A stretch of 64,000 nucleotides of DNA from Squalus acanthias. Its lineage: Eukaryota. Within the stretch, counting starts at the first letter, position 1, and every line of letters begins with the position of its first letter. A model generated the notes under the pieces. That model searched no databases. It was not told the origin of the DNA and saw nothing but the letters and a program-made list of their open reading frames with translations. The stretch lies in the NCBI GenBank assembly GCA_030390025.1, contig CM059432.1:54748001-54812000 (forward strand). Reading direction: 5' to 3'. Below are positions 13,157-26,554 of this stretch, one piece after another. Both the position numbers and the translations under genes were made by a program.

Positions 13157-16100
13157 CTACGATTGTGTCTTTTTTCTTCTCCAAGTGTTTCTATGAGGTG
13201 CAACCCGCTGTGGCTTCAGCAGAGGTAGAGGCAGGCTGCTCACTTCCCTGCTGTGACTGCTTCGAAACGTTTGGCCGACGTCCTCTGGGTTTTGGAGCCT
13301 GTGAGGGCCCCACCAAAGACTGCTCCTCCTGCAACTGTGCAGGGCCAGACTCGGCCATCGGGATCCGAGGCAGCATGAGGGGCTCTGACTGAGGGGGAGG
13401 CAATGGGTGAGATGTGTGAGCGTTTTGAGCAGAGCTCCAACTTCCCTGTGCCCTCTCACCATCATCCCTCTCATGAGCCACCCACAGTTCCCTGCTAGCA
13501 AGGAGCTGGAGAGCACCTTGCTGCACATCAGCGGGGCGATGAACGCCCAAGACTATGTTGCTATCCCTTCAGAGATGAGTTCAATAAGAGTCTGCAAGCT
13601 GTTGTTCACAGCAAGCATGTTCTCATTTGAATGGCGCATTAGCTGCTCCGTGCAGGTGGTCATCCTTTCCATGGAACAGCACGTCGTCGCCATCGCCTGC
13701 GATATAGTGCTGCTCATGATGGAGTTGGACTCTTTCATTCTCTGTACAATCGTGCACATTGCGGCTGGAAAAGCTGCCAGAGCCTTGTGCATTTGTTGCT
13801 GCTCCTCCAAGACCCCTGTGGTTCAGCATCTACATCCAGCTGAGCAGAGCTTGGAGCGTCCTGCGCCCTCCGGCAAGGACTCTCCACTGCTGTCCCTGTC
13901 TCCACCATCTGCTCTTGCTCACTTTTGATGTGTGAGACACCAGGTGACACCACTACTCTATGTCTCACAGGACCCACCAACGTATCTGCGCTGGTGCTGG
14001 GTGCGCATGGGTCTGGTAACGGCGCACCCTCAGAGACTGGAACGTCCTCTGAGGAGTCGTCTTCCTCCTCCGGCTGGACAGTGGAGGGGGGAGGGGGGGT
14101 ACTTGATGGACGTATGGGAGAGTAAAGAGATTAATTAGAACTCTTATGATGAGAATGTGTAACGTTACCATTATGCACATGATGATATTTCACTGGCCGC
14201 TGACATCAGTCACCATGAGTGACTGTTGTATGCCATGTTGGATATTTCATTCTGTCACCAGGTTGCTGGGAGGTCCCCCTCTCTCCGTCTCCCACCGCCA
14301 GCAACTCTGCCACTCCACTTAATTCCAGCGCCTCCTCCTCTGCTGGCGTCAAATTAGTATATATTGGAGGGCCACCTCCGGTTCTTTCTCTTTCTCTCCT
14401 GTTCTGCGCTCTCTTCTCCTGCATTCCCTGGAGAGAAAGAAGAGAACTTTGAATGAGAGTGATAGAATGAGTTTAAGGGATGGACGGGCTACATCTGTAG
14501 AGGGTGACTATGAGAGAGTGACATGACATTACCAAATGGCCTTCTTCTGTGGTATTACTTTCTAGGATTGCATTAGGATCAGGGTGAGTGTCAGTGGTGG
14601 ATAGTCAGATGGAGATGTGAGTCGGTGCATAGACAGAGAGGGATGGGAGCACCTGCAAGGTAGGTTGGTGTGAGGAGTGACCTGCAGGAGTAGGCTTGGG
14701 AAGGCAGAGTGATGGGGTTGGGGTGACAGGTACATCAGGATATAGAAACATAGAAACATAGAAGATAGGAGCAGGAGTAGGCCATTCGGTCCCTCGAGCC
14801 TGCTCCGCCATTCGATGAGATCATGGCTGATCATCCAAACTCAGTACCCTGTACCTGCCTTCTCCCCATATCCCTTGATACCTTTAGCTTTAAGAAATAT
14901 ATCTAACTCATTCTTGAATATATTTAATGACTTCGCCTCAACTACCTTCTGTGGTAGAGAATTCCACAGGTTCACCACTCTCTGGGTGAAGAAATTCTTC
15001 CTCATTTCTGTCCTAAATGGCTTACCCGTTATCCTTAGATTATGACCCCTGGTTCTGGACTCTCCGACCATCGGGAACATTCTTCCTGCATCTAGTTTGT
15101 CCAGACCTGTCAGAATTTTATATGTTTCGATGAGATCCCCTCTCATTCTTCTATACTCCAGCGAGTATAAGCCCAATCGACCCAATCTCTCCTCATATGT
15201 CATTCCTGCCATCCCAGGTATCAGCCTTGTGAATCTTCGCTGAACTCCTTCCATGGCAAGAACATCCTTCCTCAGATAAGGCGACCAAAACTGCACACAG
15301 TACTCAAGGTGTGGTCTCACCAAGGCCCTGTACAACTGCAGCAGGACATCCCTGTTCCTATACTCAAACCCTTTCGCTATGAAGGCCAACATACCATTTG
15401 CCTTCTTCACCGCTTGCTGCACCTGCATGCTTACTTTCAGCGACTGGTGCACAAGGACACCCAGGTCTCGTTGCACTTCCCCTTCTCCCAATCTATTGCC
15501 ATTCAGATAATAGTCTGCCTTTCTGTTTTTGACACCAAAGTGGATAACCTAGCACTTATCCACGTTATATTGCATCTGCCACGCTTCTGCCCACTTACCC
15601 AACCTGTCCAAATCATCCTGGAGTTTCTCGGTATCCTCCTCGCAGCACACACTCCCACCCAGCTTTGTGTCATCTGCAAACTTGGAGATATTACATTTAG
15701 TTCCCTTATCTAGATCATTAATGTATATTGTGAATAGCTGGGGTCCAAGGACCGATCCCTGCGGTACCCCACTAGTCACTGCTTGCCACTCAGAAAAAGA
15801 CCCATTAATTCCTACTCTCTGCTTTCTGTCCGCCAACCAGTTCTCTATCCAAGTCAATACCTTGCCCCCAATCCCATGTGCCTTAACTTTACACGCTAAT
15901 CTCTTATGTGGGACCTTATCAAAAGCCTTTTGAAAGTCCAAATACACCACATCTACTGGTTCTCCCTCATCTATTTTCCCAGTTACATCCTCAAAAAATT
16001 CCAGTAGATTAGTCAATTTACCTTTTGTAAATCCATGTTGACTTTGTCCGATCCTGTCACTGTTTTTCAAGTGCTCAGCTATTACATCATTTATAATGGA

Positions 16101-18708
16101 CTCTAGCATTTTCCCCAATACCGTCTGTAATTCCCCGCTTTCTCTCTACCACCCTTTTTGAATAGTGGGGTAACATTAGCTACCCTCCAATCCATGGGTA
16201 CAGTTCCAGATTCCATCGAATGTTGGAAGATGATCAGCAATGCATCTACTATTTCTAGGGCCACTTCCTTAAGTACCCTAGGATGTAGATTATCAGGCCC
16301 TGGGGATTTATCGGCCTTCAATCCCGTCAATTTCCCTAACACCATTTCCCTGCAAATACTGATTTCTTTCAGTTCCTCCCTTTCATCAGACCGTATGTTC
16401 TCCAACATCTCTGGGAGGTTATTTGTGTCCTCCTTTGTGAAGACAGAACCAAAATATGCATTTAATTGGTCTGCCATTTCTTTGTTCCCCATTATAACTT
16501 CCCCCGCTTCTGACTGCAATGGACCTACACTTGATTTCACTAATCTTTTTCTCTTCACATATCTATAAAAGCTCTTACAGTCAGTTTTTATGTTCCCAGC
16601 AAGCTTACTTTCATATTCTATTTTCCCCTTCTTAATTAATCCCTTTGTCCTTCTTTGTTGAATCCTAAACTGCTCCCAATCCTCAGGGCTACTGCTTTTT
16701 CTGGCCAATTTATATGCCCTCTCCTTGGATCTTATGCTATCCCTAATTTCCCTTGTTAGCCACGGTTGAGTCACCCTCTTTGTTTTATTCTTATGCCACA
16801 CTGGGATGAACAAATTCTGTAGTTCATCCATGCAGTCTTTGAATGTTTGCCATTGCCTATCCACCGTCAACCCCTTGAGTGACATTCCCCAATCAATCCT
16901 ACCCAATTCGCGCCTCATACCATCGTAGTTTCCTTTATTTAAATTCAGGACCCTAGTCTCTGATTCAACTACTTCACTCTCCATCCTAATGAAGAATTCT
17001 ATCATATTATGATCACTCTGACCCAAGGGGCCTCATACAACAAGATTGCTAATTAATCCTTTCTCGTTACATAATACCCAGTCTAAGATGGCCTGATCTC
17101 TGGTTGGTTCCTCAACATATTGTTCCAGAAAACCATCTCGTAAACATTCTAGGAATTCCTCCTCCACAGTATTTTTACTAATTTGGTTAGCCCAATCTAT
17201 ATGTAAATTAAAGTCACCCATGATGACTGCTGTGCCCTTACTGCATGCTTCTCTAATTTCCCTTTTAATGCCGTCCCCAACCTTCGTATTACTGTTTGGA
17301 GGTCTATATACCACTCCCACTAAAGTTTTCTGCCCCTTGTTATTTCTCAGTTCTACCCATACAGATTCCGCATCATCAGAGCTAATATCCTTCCTTTCAA
17401 TTGTGTTAATCCCCTCTTTAACCAGCAATGCTACCCCACCTCCCTTTCTTTTTTGCCTATCTTTCCTAAATATTGAATAACCCTGGATGTTGAGTTCCCA
17501 GCCTTGGCCACCCTGGAGCCATGTTTCTGTAATCCCAATCAAATCGTATTCATTTACCTCTATTTGCACAGCTAATTCATCCACCTTGTTCCGAATGCTC
17601 CTTGCATTAAGACACAAAACCTTCAGGCTTGTTTTTTTAACGCTCTCAGACCTATATGAATTATTATTTACTGTGACCATGTTTGATTTAAACCGTTGAG
17701 TTCTTTGCCTTCTACTTTTGTTTTTCTCCTTCCTGTCTTTAGCTTTTATCCTTGTTTCCCTTTCCTCTGTCTCCCTGCTCAGGTTCCCAACCCCCTGCCA
17801 CTTTAGTTTAAACCCTCCCCAACAGCACTAGCAAACACTCCCCCTAGGACATCGGTCCCGGCCCTGCCCAGGTGCAGACCATCCCGTTTGTACTGGTCCC
17901 ACTAGCCCAGAACCGGTTCCAATGTCCAAGGAATTTGAATCCCTCCCCCTTGCACCATTCCTCTAGCCACGTATTCATTTGAAATATCCTCCTATTTCTA
18001 CTCTGACTAGCACGTGGCACTGGTAGCAATCCTGAGATTACTAACTTTGATGTCCTCTTTTTTAATTTACCTCCTAACTCCCTATATTCTGCTTTTAGGA
18101 CCTCATCCTGTTTTTTACCTATATCGTTGATGCCTATGTGCACCACGACAACTGGCTGTTCGCCCTCCCCCTCCAAAATGTTCTGTAGCCGCTCCGAGAC
18201 GTCCTTGACACTTGCACCAGGGAGGCAACACACCATCCTGGAGTCTCGTTTGCGGCCGCAGAAACGCCTATCTATTCCCCTTACAATTGAATCCCCTATC
18301 ACTATAGCTCTTCCACACTTTTTCCTCCCAGCCTGTGCAGCAGAGCCACCCATGGTGCCAGGAAGTTGGCTGCTGCCGCCTTCCCCTGATAAGTCATCCC
18401 CCCCAACAGCATCCAAAGCGGTATATCTGTTTGAGAGGGGGATATAGTTGAGTGGGACATTGCACTCACCTTTCCTGACCTTATTAGATCATTAAATCTC
18501 TTCTGACACTGTATCCAGGAGCGGCTCACTACACACCTGCTGCTGACTTCTTGTGCGATCTCCAGCCATGCCCTTTTGGTTTCACTGGCTGGTCTCTTCC
18601 TACTGTTACCAGGGAATAGGACCTCCCTCTGTGCTCTGACTCCCTGGACCAGGACTTCCAGGGAGGCATCGAGAACCTGGGCGCAGCCTACTGGCGCTGT
18701 GACTCCAT
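13157..18708 (-). pseudogene. Harbinger Myb/SANT-like DNA-binding gene, 3 exons (18708-18470, 14418-14259, about 14112-13157), disrupted
   Basis: Exon 1 reads AAPRFS/DASLEVLV..REVLFP..AWLEIAQEV..RSWIQCQKRFNDL followed by a GTGAGT donor; exon 2 EKRAQNRRERERTGGGPP bounded by CAG/GT; stop and frameshift in exon 1. Confidence 0.82.
14746..18439 (-). mobile_element. Long CR1 LINE: partial ORF1 (SGNH esterase-like) and ORF2 (APE endonuclease and RT), frameshifted
   Basis: IVIGDSIVRG..VVVHIGINDI (17844..18416); CLNARSIRNK, ITETWL, MGDFN (17033..17680); [28 protein letters not shown]; (ATAGAAAC)n tail; GGATATAG on both sides. Confidence 0.95.
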
Positions 18709-19725
18709 CCTTCCTTGCACCCTCACAAAAGTTTTCGATAGATAAGAATAGCCACCTCTCCCAACCACCCGTAAGCCTCCTCCAACAACCTTCAACTGTG
18801 ATGAGTGCAAGGCTCCTTTAAAGGTGAAAAGCTGAAAACGTCATCAGACCCGCTCCAGTTAATTGGCTGGGAAACCCGCATAACTCATTCAATTGCTCCA
18901 ATTCAGTTAAACGCACAGTGCAGAACGCGCTGTTGAAAACTTCGTGATGGTGACCCGCGATGTGGCCCAAATGCACCCGCCCCGACTCTAAGGTAAAAAT
19001 TCCGGCATTAACTCTGTTTCTCTCTCCACAGATGCTGCCTGACCTGCTGAGTATTTCCAGCAGTTTCTGCTTTTATTTCAGATTTCCAGCATCTGCAGAT
19101 TTTTGCTTTTGTGTTTAATGGCCTGGCCCAAATTCTATAACTTTGGGCTCCACCCACAATGTGAGGTTCACCATTAAAAACTGGGTACTCTGGAGTGTTT
19201 GGGAGTTCACAGGCCTTTTAAAGTTTTTGAAGTTCTTTTTGTTTCCTTTTTTGCATTTTTATGTATTTTTAGCTGCATTTTGGTCCCTGTATTAGATGGC
19301 TTTGCTGGGAATGCCTCAATTTTTGGGTTATTCCCCACCACTCCATTTTTTCATTATTGTTGCATACCTTTGACATGTCACCTTACAAAGAGGTGAGGAT
19401 GAGCATTCCTTTGGGGCTTACAAAATGTGCTGCATAATTAAAATGAGGAAGAGGGGTTTGTGACAGGCCAGCAAATGAGGATGCAGTGACCGCTGAACCT
19501 TTCTGGCCACATCCACCACTACCCCGGGGCCTGCAACCTGGAACTATCAGAGGAATGATATGCCCGTACAATACCCCTCTCCCATGGGTGGATGGGCACT
19601 AGAGTTTCCAACTGACATGAGCAGGCGGGCACTGGAGATGCGCCCATAGTGAAGCTTGCACTTGCCTGTCCTATGTAAATGAGGTGCCCTTCCACTGACC
19701 CCACATACCCTAGTGGGTTCAGCAT

Positions 19726-19892
19726 CAATGATTCCTCTAAGCTGCGCGGCCGCACGACAATGGGAAAGGTCCCGCGCAGGCCGCTCACCAGCTTCGCCAT
19801 TGTAAGTACCCCGCATGCGCAGAAATTTAAAGGGACCACGCACTAAAAGAAACAGGCCGCACAGAACAAAGCGCAGCTTACAGGGAACGTTG
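19726..19892. mobile_element. Short hAT-like MITE (167 bp)
   Basis: Left TIR CAATGATTCCTCTAAGCTGCGC vs reverse complement of right end CAACGTTCCCTGTAAGCTGCGC; 8-bp near-TSD TTCAGCAT/TTCAACAC. Confidence 0.7.
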
Positions 19893-20887
19893 TTCAACAC
19901 TGGATGGCACTGTTGGGCATGATTCCACCATAACCACCAGGATCGTGACCAGGATCATGACCCAAGGAATTTCAAGTCCACACTTTTCTATATACAAAAC
20001 TGTGTTTGGAGCTTTGTCTAGAAGAAGTTGAAGACCTAGCTATCTGCTTATGTGGGTCTTCACAATCTAGTAAGACTCATGTATGTAGTACCCTTTGGCT
20101 ATAAGGTTGATTCATTGATAAATAAAATAGTTTCTTACATTTTGGAAAGTTATGCATATAACAACTACACCAAGTAACACAAAAGGAATTAATGCAAGTG
20201 CATTAATCGCTACATTAAAAATAGTGCACAGACCTAATCATGCCAAACCCATCTTTATAATCAATCTTAACTTCCCAGCAACAATCAAGGTAGATTTTCT
20301 ACTCTGCCTTTTTATTGATTCCTAATTGACACTCGAGGTTGGGCACCTGATTTCAGCTCCAAGAACAATGGTGCATGGAATTAGGAAACTTTTAGACTAC
20401 GCACAAACATTCCCAGAACATCAATGCTCAAGTCAGGCATTGTTTTCTCACTACCATTAAATCGGTTTCTCCCCAAAAAAATCACTATGAGCATGAAATT
20501 TTGGCTACATGATTGCAGCAACATGTGAACAGCATGACACAATGTCTACAGACTGAGTTCTACATAACTATGTGATTTACCTTTTTAAAATTGTATATAA
20601 CTTTGCTGAGTTTTTGTGCTCATCAAATTAAAGGATATTAATGTTGAGAATGGAAAACTTTTCCACCCAATTTTGTCAGGAATGAATTGCCCCAAGCATA
20701 ATGAAGAATGAAGTTCCCTTATTCTGCCCAATAATGTGCCTTAACCCAAAACTAAGGAGAGCACCCTATTGCTTCCATTTCCCTCAGTCATCAGCCTCGT
20801 CATTTCTACAAGTGAGATTTCCATGTGAGTAATTAACTGCACTGAGCTCTCAGAAGCTTAGGAACTGGGTTGAAAATGCCACAGCTG

Positions 20888-21080
20888 ATGTCAGCCTTGG
20901 ATCTTGGTAGCACTCTCACCTCTGAGTCAGACGGTCATGGGTTCAAGCCCCACTCCAGAAAATTGAGCACATAATCCAGGCTGACACATCAGTGCAGTAT
21001 TGAGGGAGTGCTACGCTATCGGAGATGCCATCTTTTAGATGCGACGTTAAACTGAGGCCCTGGGTGCCCTCTCAAGTTGC
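20888..21080 (+). mobile_element. SacSINE1/Deu-type SINE, 5' half
   Basis: Colinear with 24984-25180. Confidence 0.8.
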
Positions 21081-22431
21081 TACAGGGTACAGTAGTATAG
21101 TGATTAAGTTACTGGAGTAGTAACCTATCTCTCCCAATTTTTATTTCCATTGATATCACCCGTTTTACACTATCGCACAAAGTCAAGATCTACTCCATGG
21201 AAACGTATGGCACATGGGAATAGGATAAACTCCAAAATGGACTGGTTGTGCTAAATGGCCTGTTTCCCTGTTGTAGTTCTTGTGTAATTACATGTAATAT
21301 AGACCCACTGTTTTATGCTCTGATGGATTAGTGGACATGATGAAGAAATGCCCTCCAGCAATGATATACATGGAGAACCACAGGAGCAGTCAAGTGACAG
21401 TAATGTCAGCAACAGTTCTGGCCACCATGTAGCCCTACACAATTAGCTGCAAGCAACACCTCAGATGGCATGATTTCAGCAAAAAGCACTCCTGACACTG
21501 ATGCAGACACATCACAGTTAGTCACAGAAGCAGGTAGTCAACTTTATGAATCGCAGGCAGCTCTCCAATTGGCTCAACTGTCTTCCAACACTGCTACTTC
21601 CTCAGCTAGAGAAGCACATAGCAGCCAGGGGACATGTGTGAGCAATACACAGAGCTACACAAAGCACAAGGATCAACACAAAATAATGCATTGAAGATTT
21701 ACAGCATATGCACTCAAAACACTACATTCGCTCATTCACTAAATAACATGTTGTCACTTTTAATATATCTTGTGGTTTTCCATTCATGTATTGTGCAGTA
21801 AAAGATTAATTTTTTTAAAGTAAACCAAATTGAACATGCAGTTCCGTGCCAAACCTAAACAGATCAACTAACTGGTAGTTCCCTGCTTATGAATAGAAAG
21901 TTAAAGTAGTCAATTGCAGGTCTCAGTAGAAGCAATAAAGAATTAGCCCTTCCCCACATATCTCCCGGGTTGTAGTGGCTCATCTGCTGCAAGTGGCTTC
22001 TAAGAACAATTATATTTGTGGTCTTTTATGCCTAGTTACTGTAACTCATTCAAGTCCATGGTGAGACCTCTGTCCATGACAATATTGTGCATTATACTGT
22101 TACAATTTTCCTCCTCTTCATTGGGGCATATTGGATACATACCTGAGCCCATGAATCTGAAGCATAGTCTAAGCATCCCAAATGTTTGCTCACTGTGCAT
22201 CATTACATTTAATCTCTACTTGGTGCGCAGAGTTGTGCTAAGGTGTTGCCACCTATCTGTGCACCTTGTTGGCCATATCTCTAAGGGGCTAGCCCGCCAA
22301 GCTTCCTTTTCCTTCAAAAAGCTGCATCAGGTTTAATTACCTCAGAATGAAAGCATTGTGTATACTCCCCTGGAAGTATGCACTGATATGCATTATTTTA
22401 TGTTGGTGGTTACATACATTGATGATATAAT

Positions 22432-23321
22432 GGGGGAGAAATTCAGTATCGCCCCATTTGGGGCGCAATTATCGGCCGGGCGCAAAGATTAGCGCCTGGC
22501 GCTAATTATCGCCACCGACTGCAAACTTGACTTTTATCGCCCCTGGAGGTGATTGGAGCGCTAAATCAGGCGCTTCACACCTGTCTTAAGGCGCAAAGGC
22601 CGAGGAGCGAGGCGCTACCTCAGAGCGCTGGCGAAGCTCATGTAATGTCAGTCAGCAATGGAACACAGACACAATGGCCCCGGCCAGTTCTTAAAGGGCT
22701 GGTTAATCTTGCTTTCCATCCACATCCTGCTCATTGCAGCCTTGAATCTCGGCCTGGAGAGACCTGCACATCAAATCTGCTGGAAAGAACAATGGAGAGT
22801 ACCAGGCAAAGAGCTCAGAGTGCAGCCCCCACAATCTCTTCTAAATCGATACAAGGAATGGCAAATCAAAATGAACCTGCAAAGTGCTGCTCAGTACCCA
22901 AAACTCCTTCACACAACGTTGAAACTCTCCAGAAGTCTCTCTCTCTCTCTCAGAATGCGTAGTTCAAAAATGGCACCAACAATAAAAGGCAGGAAGCGGT
23001 CACCTTTAAATAGCGCTCCCCCTTTCCCTTCATGACTGGAGAACGCTCCCTTCAACCTGTCGTTGCTAGCGTCAGGCGGTAAGGCAGGGGGCGCCACTCA
23101 ATATCCGCTCCGGGGCGATACCGGGGCGTTGCGCACTTGACTGACGTCACGATCTGCCGGCGCAGGAGATCGTGGCGGTAGTGTTTAGCGCCGCCGCAAA
23201 ATGTCTAGTTAATTTCGCGAGCGGCACAAACTTCGCCGCGCCTGGGCGCTAGATGCTTTGCGCCCCATTAGCGCCCTCTTAAGGCTCTAACGGGAGGCGC
23301 AACCAACTGAATTTTTCCCCC
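22432..23321. mobile_element. Harbinger-type non-autonomous element (890 bp)
   Basis: TIRs GGGGGAGAAATTCAGT / ACTGAATTTTTCCCCC (15/16); exact TSD AAT; right subterminal region resembles the left end of the Harbinger at 51830 (GCGCCTCCCGTTA). Confidence 0.88.
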
Positions 23322-23629
23322 AATATCCCTTCTATTTATGTATGCCATTGGATTGTTGGTAAGCACATAAATTCTAGTCACCACTGCCCTCAACTTTTAT
23401 GCCACAGATTTCATCCAGGCATCTATGGGGACTTCAACAGGAGTCAGTTGGTATGCCCTCCACTGCTACATTGATGGGGAAGTGAGGAATTTTGTAAAAG
23501 TGCAGCTGCCTTTGTTGTTGCTGCTGGTGATCACTGCTGAAATGTATATAGGTGGGTGCAAGGTAAAGCAGGGCTTCCATTAACTGCTTAATGTAGCAAT
23601 TGAAGGCTTAGCAACTATCTTCTGTTAAG

Positions 23630-24347
23630 ACCCCTAATGGTGCCTGGAAGGAACATGTGGCATAAAAGTTGAGGGCAGTGGTGACGATTACTGCCATTGG
23701 TGATGATCCACAGTGTGGGTGGTTGACTGTCTGTGCAGGGGGTGAACACCAGTAGCGGCCTCCTTGCTGACAAAACCTCATCATGCATTGTTCCGTTGTG
23801 AAGTCCAGGTAGCTGTGTCTCTTGTGGTAGTTCCACAGTCTGGGATTTGTTCTGTGAATGGTGCACCTCCTATCCCCTCTGCATTCTTCATCTGAACTCT
23901 TTGCCCCTTCCCCTTCCCATTTACTCACATTTGATAACACCCAGAGAAAAGCATGGCCCTGAGAGAAATCATGAAGATGACTGGTGTAGGAAATAAAATA
24001 CCACACTCGTGCAGTATGTGATACTCTTCTGAGGTTAGGGTTAGGGCACATTTGTGGTGTAATTGGCGTTGGCATTTTAAACTTTTAAAATAACCAGGTT
24101 AATGAACACATTAAAATGGTACACATAGAAAATTCATATGAACACAGCAAAATATTTGTTACAAATATCACTGAAAGCAGTTTTACCCCCATTATTTGGG
24201 CAGACTGATGGATGCTTTGCCCTGCACCTGGCCTATGTTATACATGATTTGTGAGTGATGGATTTTGAGACTGGGTGATAAAGAGGAAAGCGTTCCATTC
24301 CCCAGCACTTTTATCCCTCACTTTGACAAGCACAAAATTTCACCCCC
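23630..24347 (-). mobile_element. Old Harbinger fragment (left end and transposase N-terminal part)
   Basis: ORF 23608..24075 contains SYLDFTTEQC..RF and VTTALNFYATCSFQ; TIR-like AAAATTTCACCCCC at about 24335-24347. Confidence 0.6.
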
Positions 24348-24353
24348 AAAAAT

Positions 24354-24980
24354 GGTTAGGAAATTAGTTAAGTTCTGTTTTCTCGCCCAAAATCGGCGAC
24401 ACGCTCAGAGCGCATGCCAGAAGACGGAGACCTGAGGCTCATTTGAAATTGAGCCTTGCGCCTCATCAGCATATTTCCAGCAAGCTGTGCTTTTCAGTGG
24501 TTGCTCGCCAGTTCTGAGAGGACCAATTTGGACCAGTTGCGACACCGGCAGCGGCACCTCAGGTAGGTCCGCAGGCGGGGGGAGGTAAACAGCCTGCAGT
24601 AGTGCTGTGGAGCCGTGAGGAGTACGCCTGTTCCTCCTGCCTCCATATCAAGGTAAGTTTAAAGAGTTAAAACTTACATGTTTGTTGGTGACCGCCAATG
24701 GTCCCTTTTAAGCCCTGCTGTTTAGGACTCTGTAGAAACTAAAAACCTGAGCGGAGACTGCAAGAGGGTCCTTAAACAGGCATAAGGCCCGTCATTGGCA
24801 TATGCAAGAGGCCTAATGCCTGTTTAAGGCGGCCGCCAGGGATGCCTGAATACCGTCAGAGCCAAAATGGCATGGGACATATTTCAGCAGCCCTTGGGGC
24901 GCGGGAAATAGCCCCACAAAATTGGTTATTTTTACCCCCATTTCAAGCCTGAAAAATGGGCACAATAAGGTCTCATTTCC
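24354..24980. mobile_element. Probable Harbinger-type MITE with a SINE inserted at its right end
   Basis: Starts AAT|GGTTAGGAAATT; GC-rich body like the 9006 element; possible TIR remnant and AAT near 25460-25471. Confidence 0.4.
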
Positions 24981-24983
24981 CTT

Positions 24984-25454
24984 GTGTCAGCTGTGGCTCA
25001 GTTGGTAGCACACTCGCCTCTGAGTCAGAATGGTTGTGGGTTCAAGTTCCCACTCCAGGGACTTGAACACATAAATCTAGGCTGACGCTCCAGTACAGTG
25101 CTGAGGGAGTGCTGCACTGTTGGAGGTGCCGTCTTTCAGATGAGACGTTAAACCGAGGCCCCGTCTGCTCTCTCAGGTGGACGTAAATGATCCCATGGCA
25201 CTATTTCGAAGAAGAGTAGGGGAGTTATCCCCGGTCTCCTGGCCAATATTTATCCCTCAACCAACATAACAAAAACAGATTATCTGGTCATTATCACATT
25301 GCTGTTTGTGGGACCTTGCTGTGCGCAAATTGGCTGCCGCGTTTCCCACATTACAACAGTGACTACACTTCAAAAGTACTTCATTGGCTGTAAAGCACTT
25401 TGAGACGTCCGGTGGTTGTGAAAGGCGCTATATAAATGCAAGTCTTTCTTTTCC
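24984..25454 (+). mobile_element. Full-length SacSINE1/Deu-type tRNA-derived SINE
   Basis: A box TGGCTCAGTTGG, B box GGTTCAAGT, Deu-type core (GATCCCATGGCACTATTTCGAAGAAGAG..CCTGGCCAATATT), L2-like tail AAAGGCGCTATATAAATGCAAGT. Confidence 0.9.
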
Positions 25455-26104
25455 TTTTTTTCTCCTCCAATTTTTTGAATAGAAATTAAAACAATGTTAT
25501 TTCTTCTTAAATGACTACTAATACAAAATACAATTCACTGCTTTTCTTTCTTCCCAATGAAGTAGTTATTAGTGTTTGTTAAACAGGAGATGTAGAATTT
25601 TGATGTGCTTTGTTAGTGCCCATTGGGAGTGTATGTTTTCCTCCAGACTTTGTACAACTGATATTTCTTGTGTGTTAAGGTCGCAAGAAAAAAAGATAAA
25701 ATTGTGATGTCTCTAAAAAGAAAATAAACACGCAGCTGGACTTAGCTTTCTGGGCTCTGTCGACAAATCTTCATAAAGCAACTGGTGAACACAAATTATA
25801 TATCTGTCCCTGAATTAATTTTGAATGTAGTCAGTGATAATTTGACAAGAAAAGCAATCAAATTGCGTTAATAATGATCCATATTTAGCCACTGCTATTA
25901 TTGCTGGGGATGATGCTAATCCTCCCTTTATGACTTCTTATCTTTTTTGTGCAACCAGTACTAACTCCAGTGATGGAAATAAAGACAATGATGAGGTTGC
26001 ATTGTATGATTGAATAGGTGCTGCACTGGAATGGGGCCTACCGAAAATGCTCGAGCCTCCATTTCAAACTGGAAGTCACTGATTTTGGCAAAAGCATTTT
26101 ACTA

Positions 26105-26245
26105 GCAAATAGCAAAATACTGCAGATTATGGAAATCAGCAACAAAAACAGAAAAAAAAACTGGAAACACACAGCAGGTCAGTCAGTATCAGCGGAGAGA
26201 ATATAGTTTACACTTTGGGTGCGTATCTTTCTTCAGGACTGAACA
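26105..26245 (-). mobile_element. Decayed Penelope terminal fragment
   Basis: Reverse complement resembles 11060-11095 plus 19010-19111, including a CTGAAGA remnant. Confidence 0.55.
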
Positions 26246-26554
26246 ATAAGAGAAAGACAGGCTTCTTAATAAGATCATAAAAAAGGAGGGCAATTTACAT
26301 ATGTTTGTATATATAAACAGAGAGGAAGCATCAGTGGAATGATGTAGCAGAACAACTAAATCAAGTAATGGAGAGAAAAATGTAATAAATAAAAAATATT
26401 AGAGAAACAAAGCATGTGTAATTAGCTAAGGAAGTGTGAGATCTGAGGAAAATGTGAGAAAGAGGGAAGATAGAAAAGATGGTAAACCTGAAATTAATGA
26501 AGTTTACTTTTGTAAAGTACTTGCAGCAATGTTACATTTAAATAACATCTGCCT

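Larger units (their letters stand above)
11096..19006 (+). mobile_element. PIF/Harbinger DNA transposon, near full length, carrying a nested CR1
   Basis: TIRs GGCCGGAATATT / AAAATTCCGGC; TSD ATT (11093-95, 19007-09); convergent transposase and Myb/SANT genes. Confidence 0.92.
10245..19111 (+). mobile_element. Penelope-like retroelement 3' part (GIY-YIG endonuclease and terminal region); pieces 10245-11095 and 19010-19111 separated by a Harbinger insertion
   Basis: ORF 10285..10809 contains VYCIRCSRCGLLYIGKT..R..EH..VACHFN; terminal sequence continues across the insertion. Confidence 0.88.

Noticed and set aside
21330..21700. Ser/Thr-rich coding-like stretch
   Set aside because: Interrupted by stops; at best a very old Harbinger Myb exon-3 remnant, too weak to call
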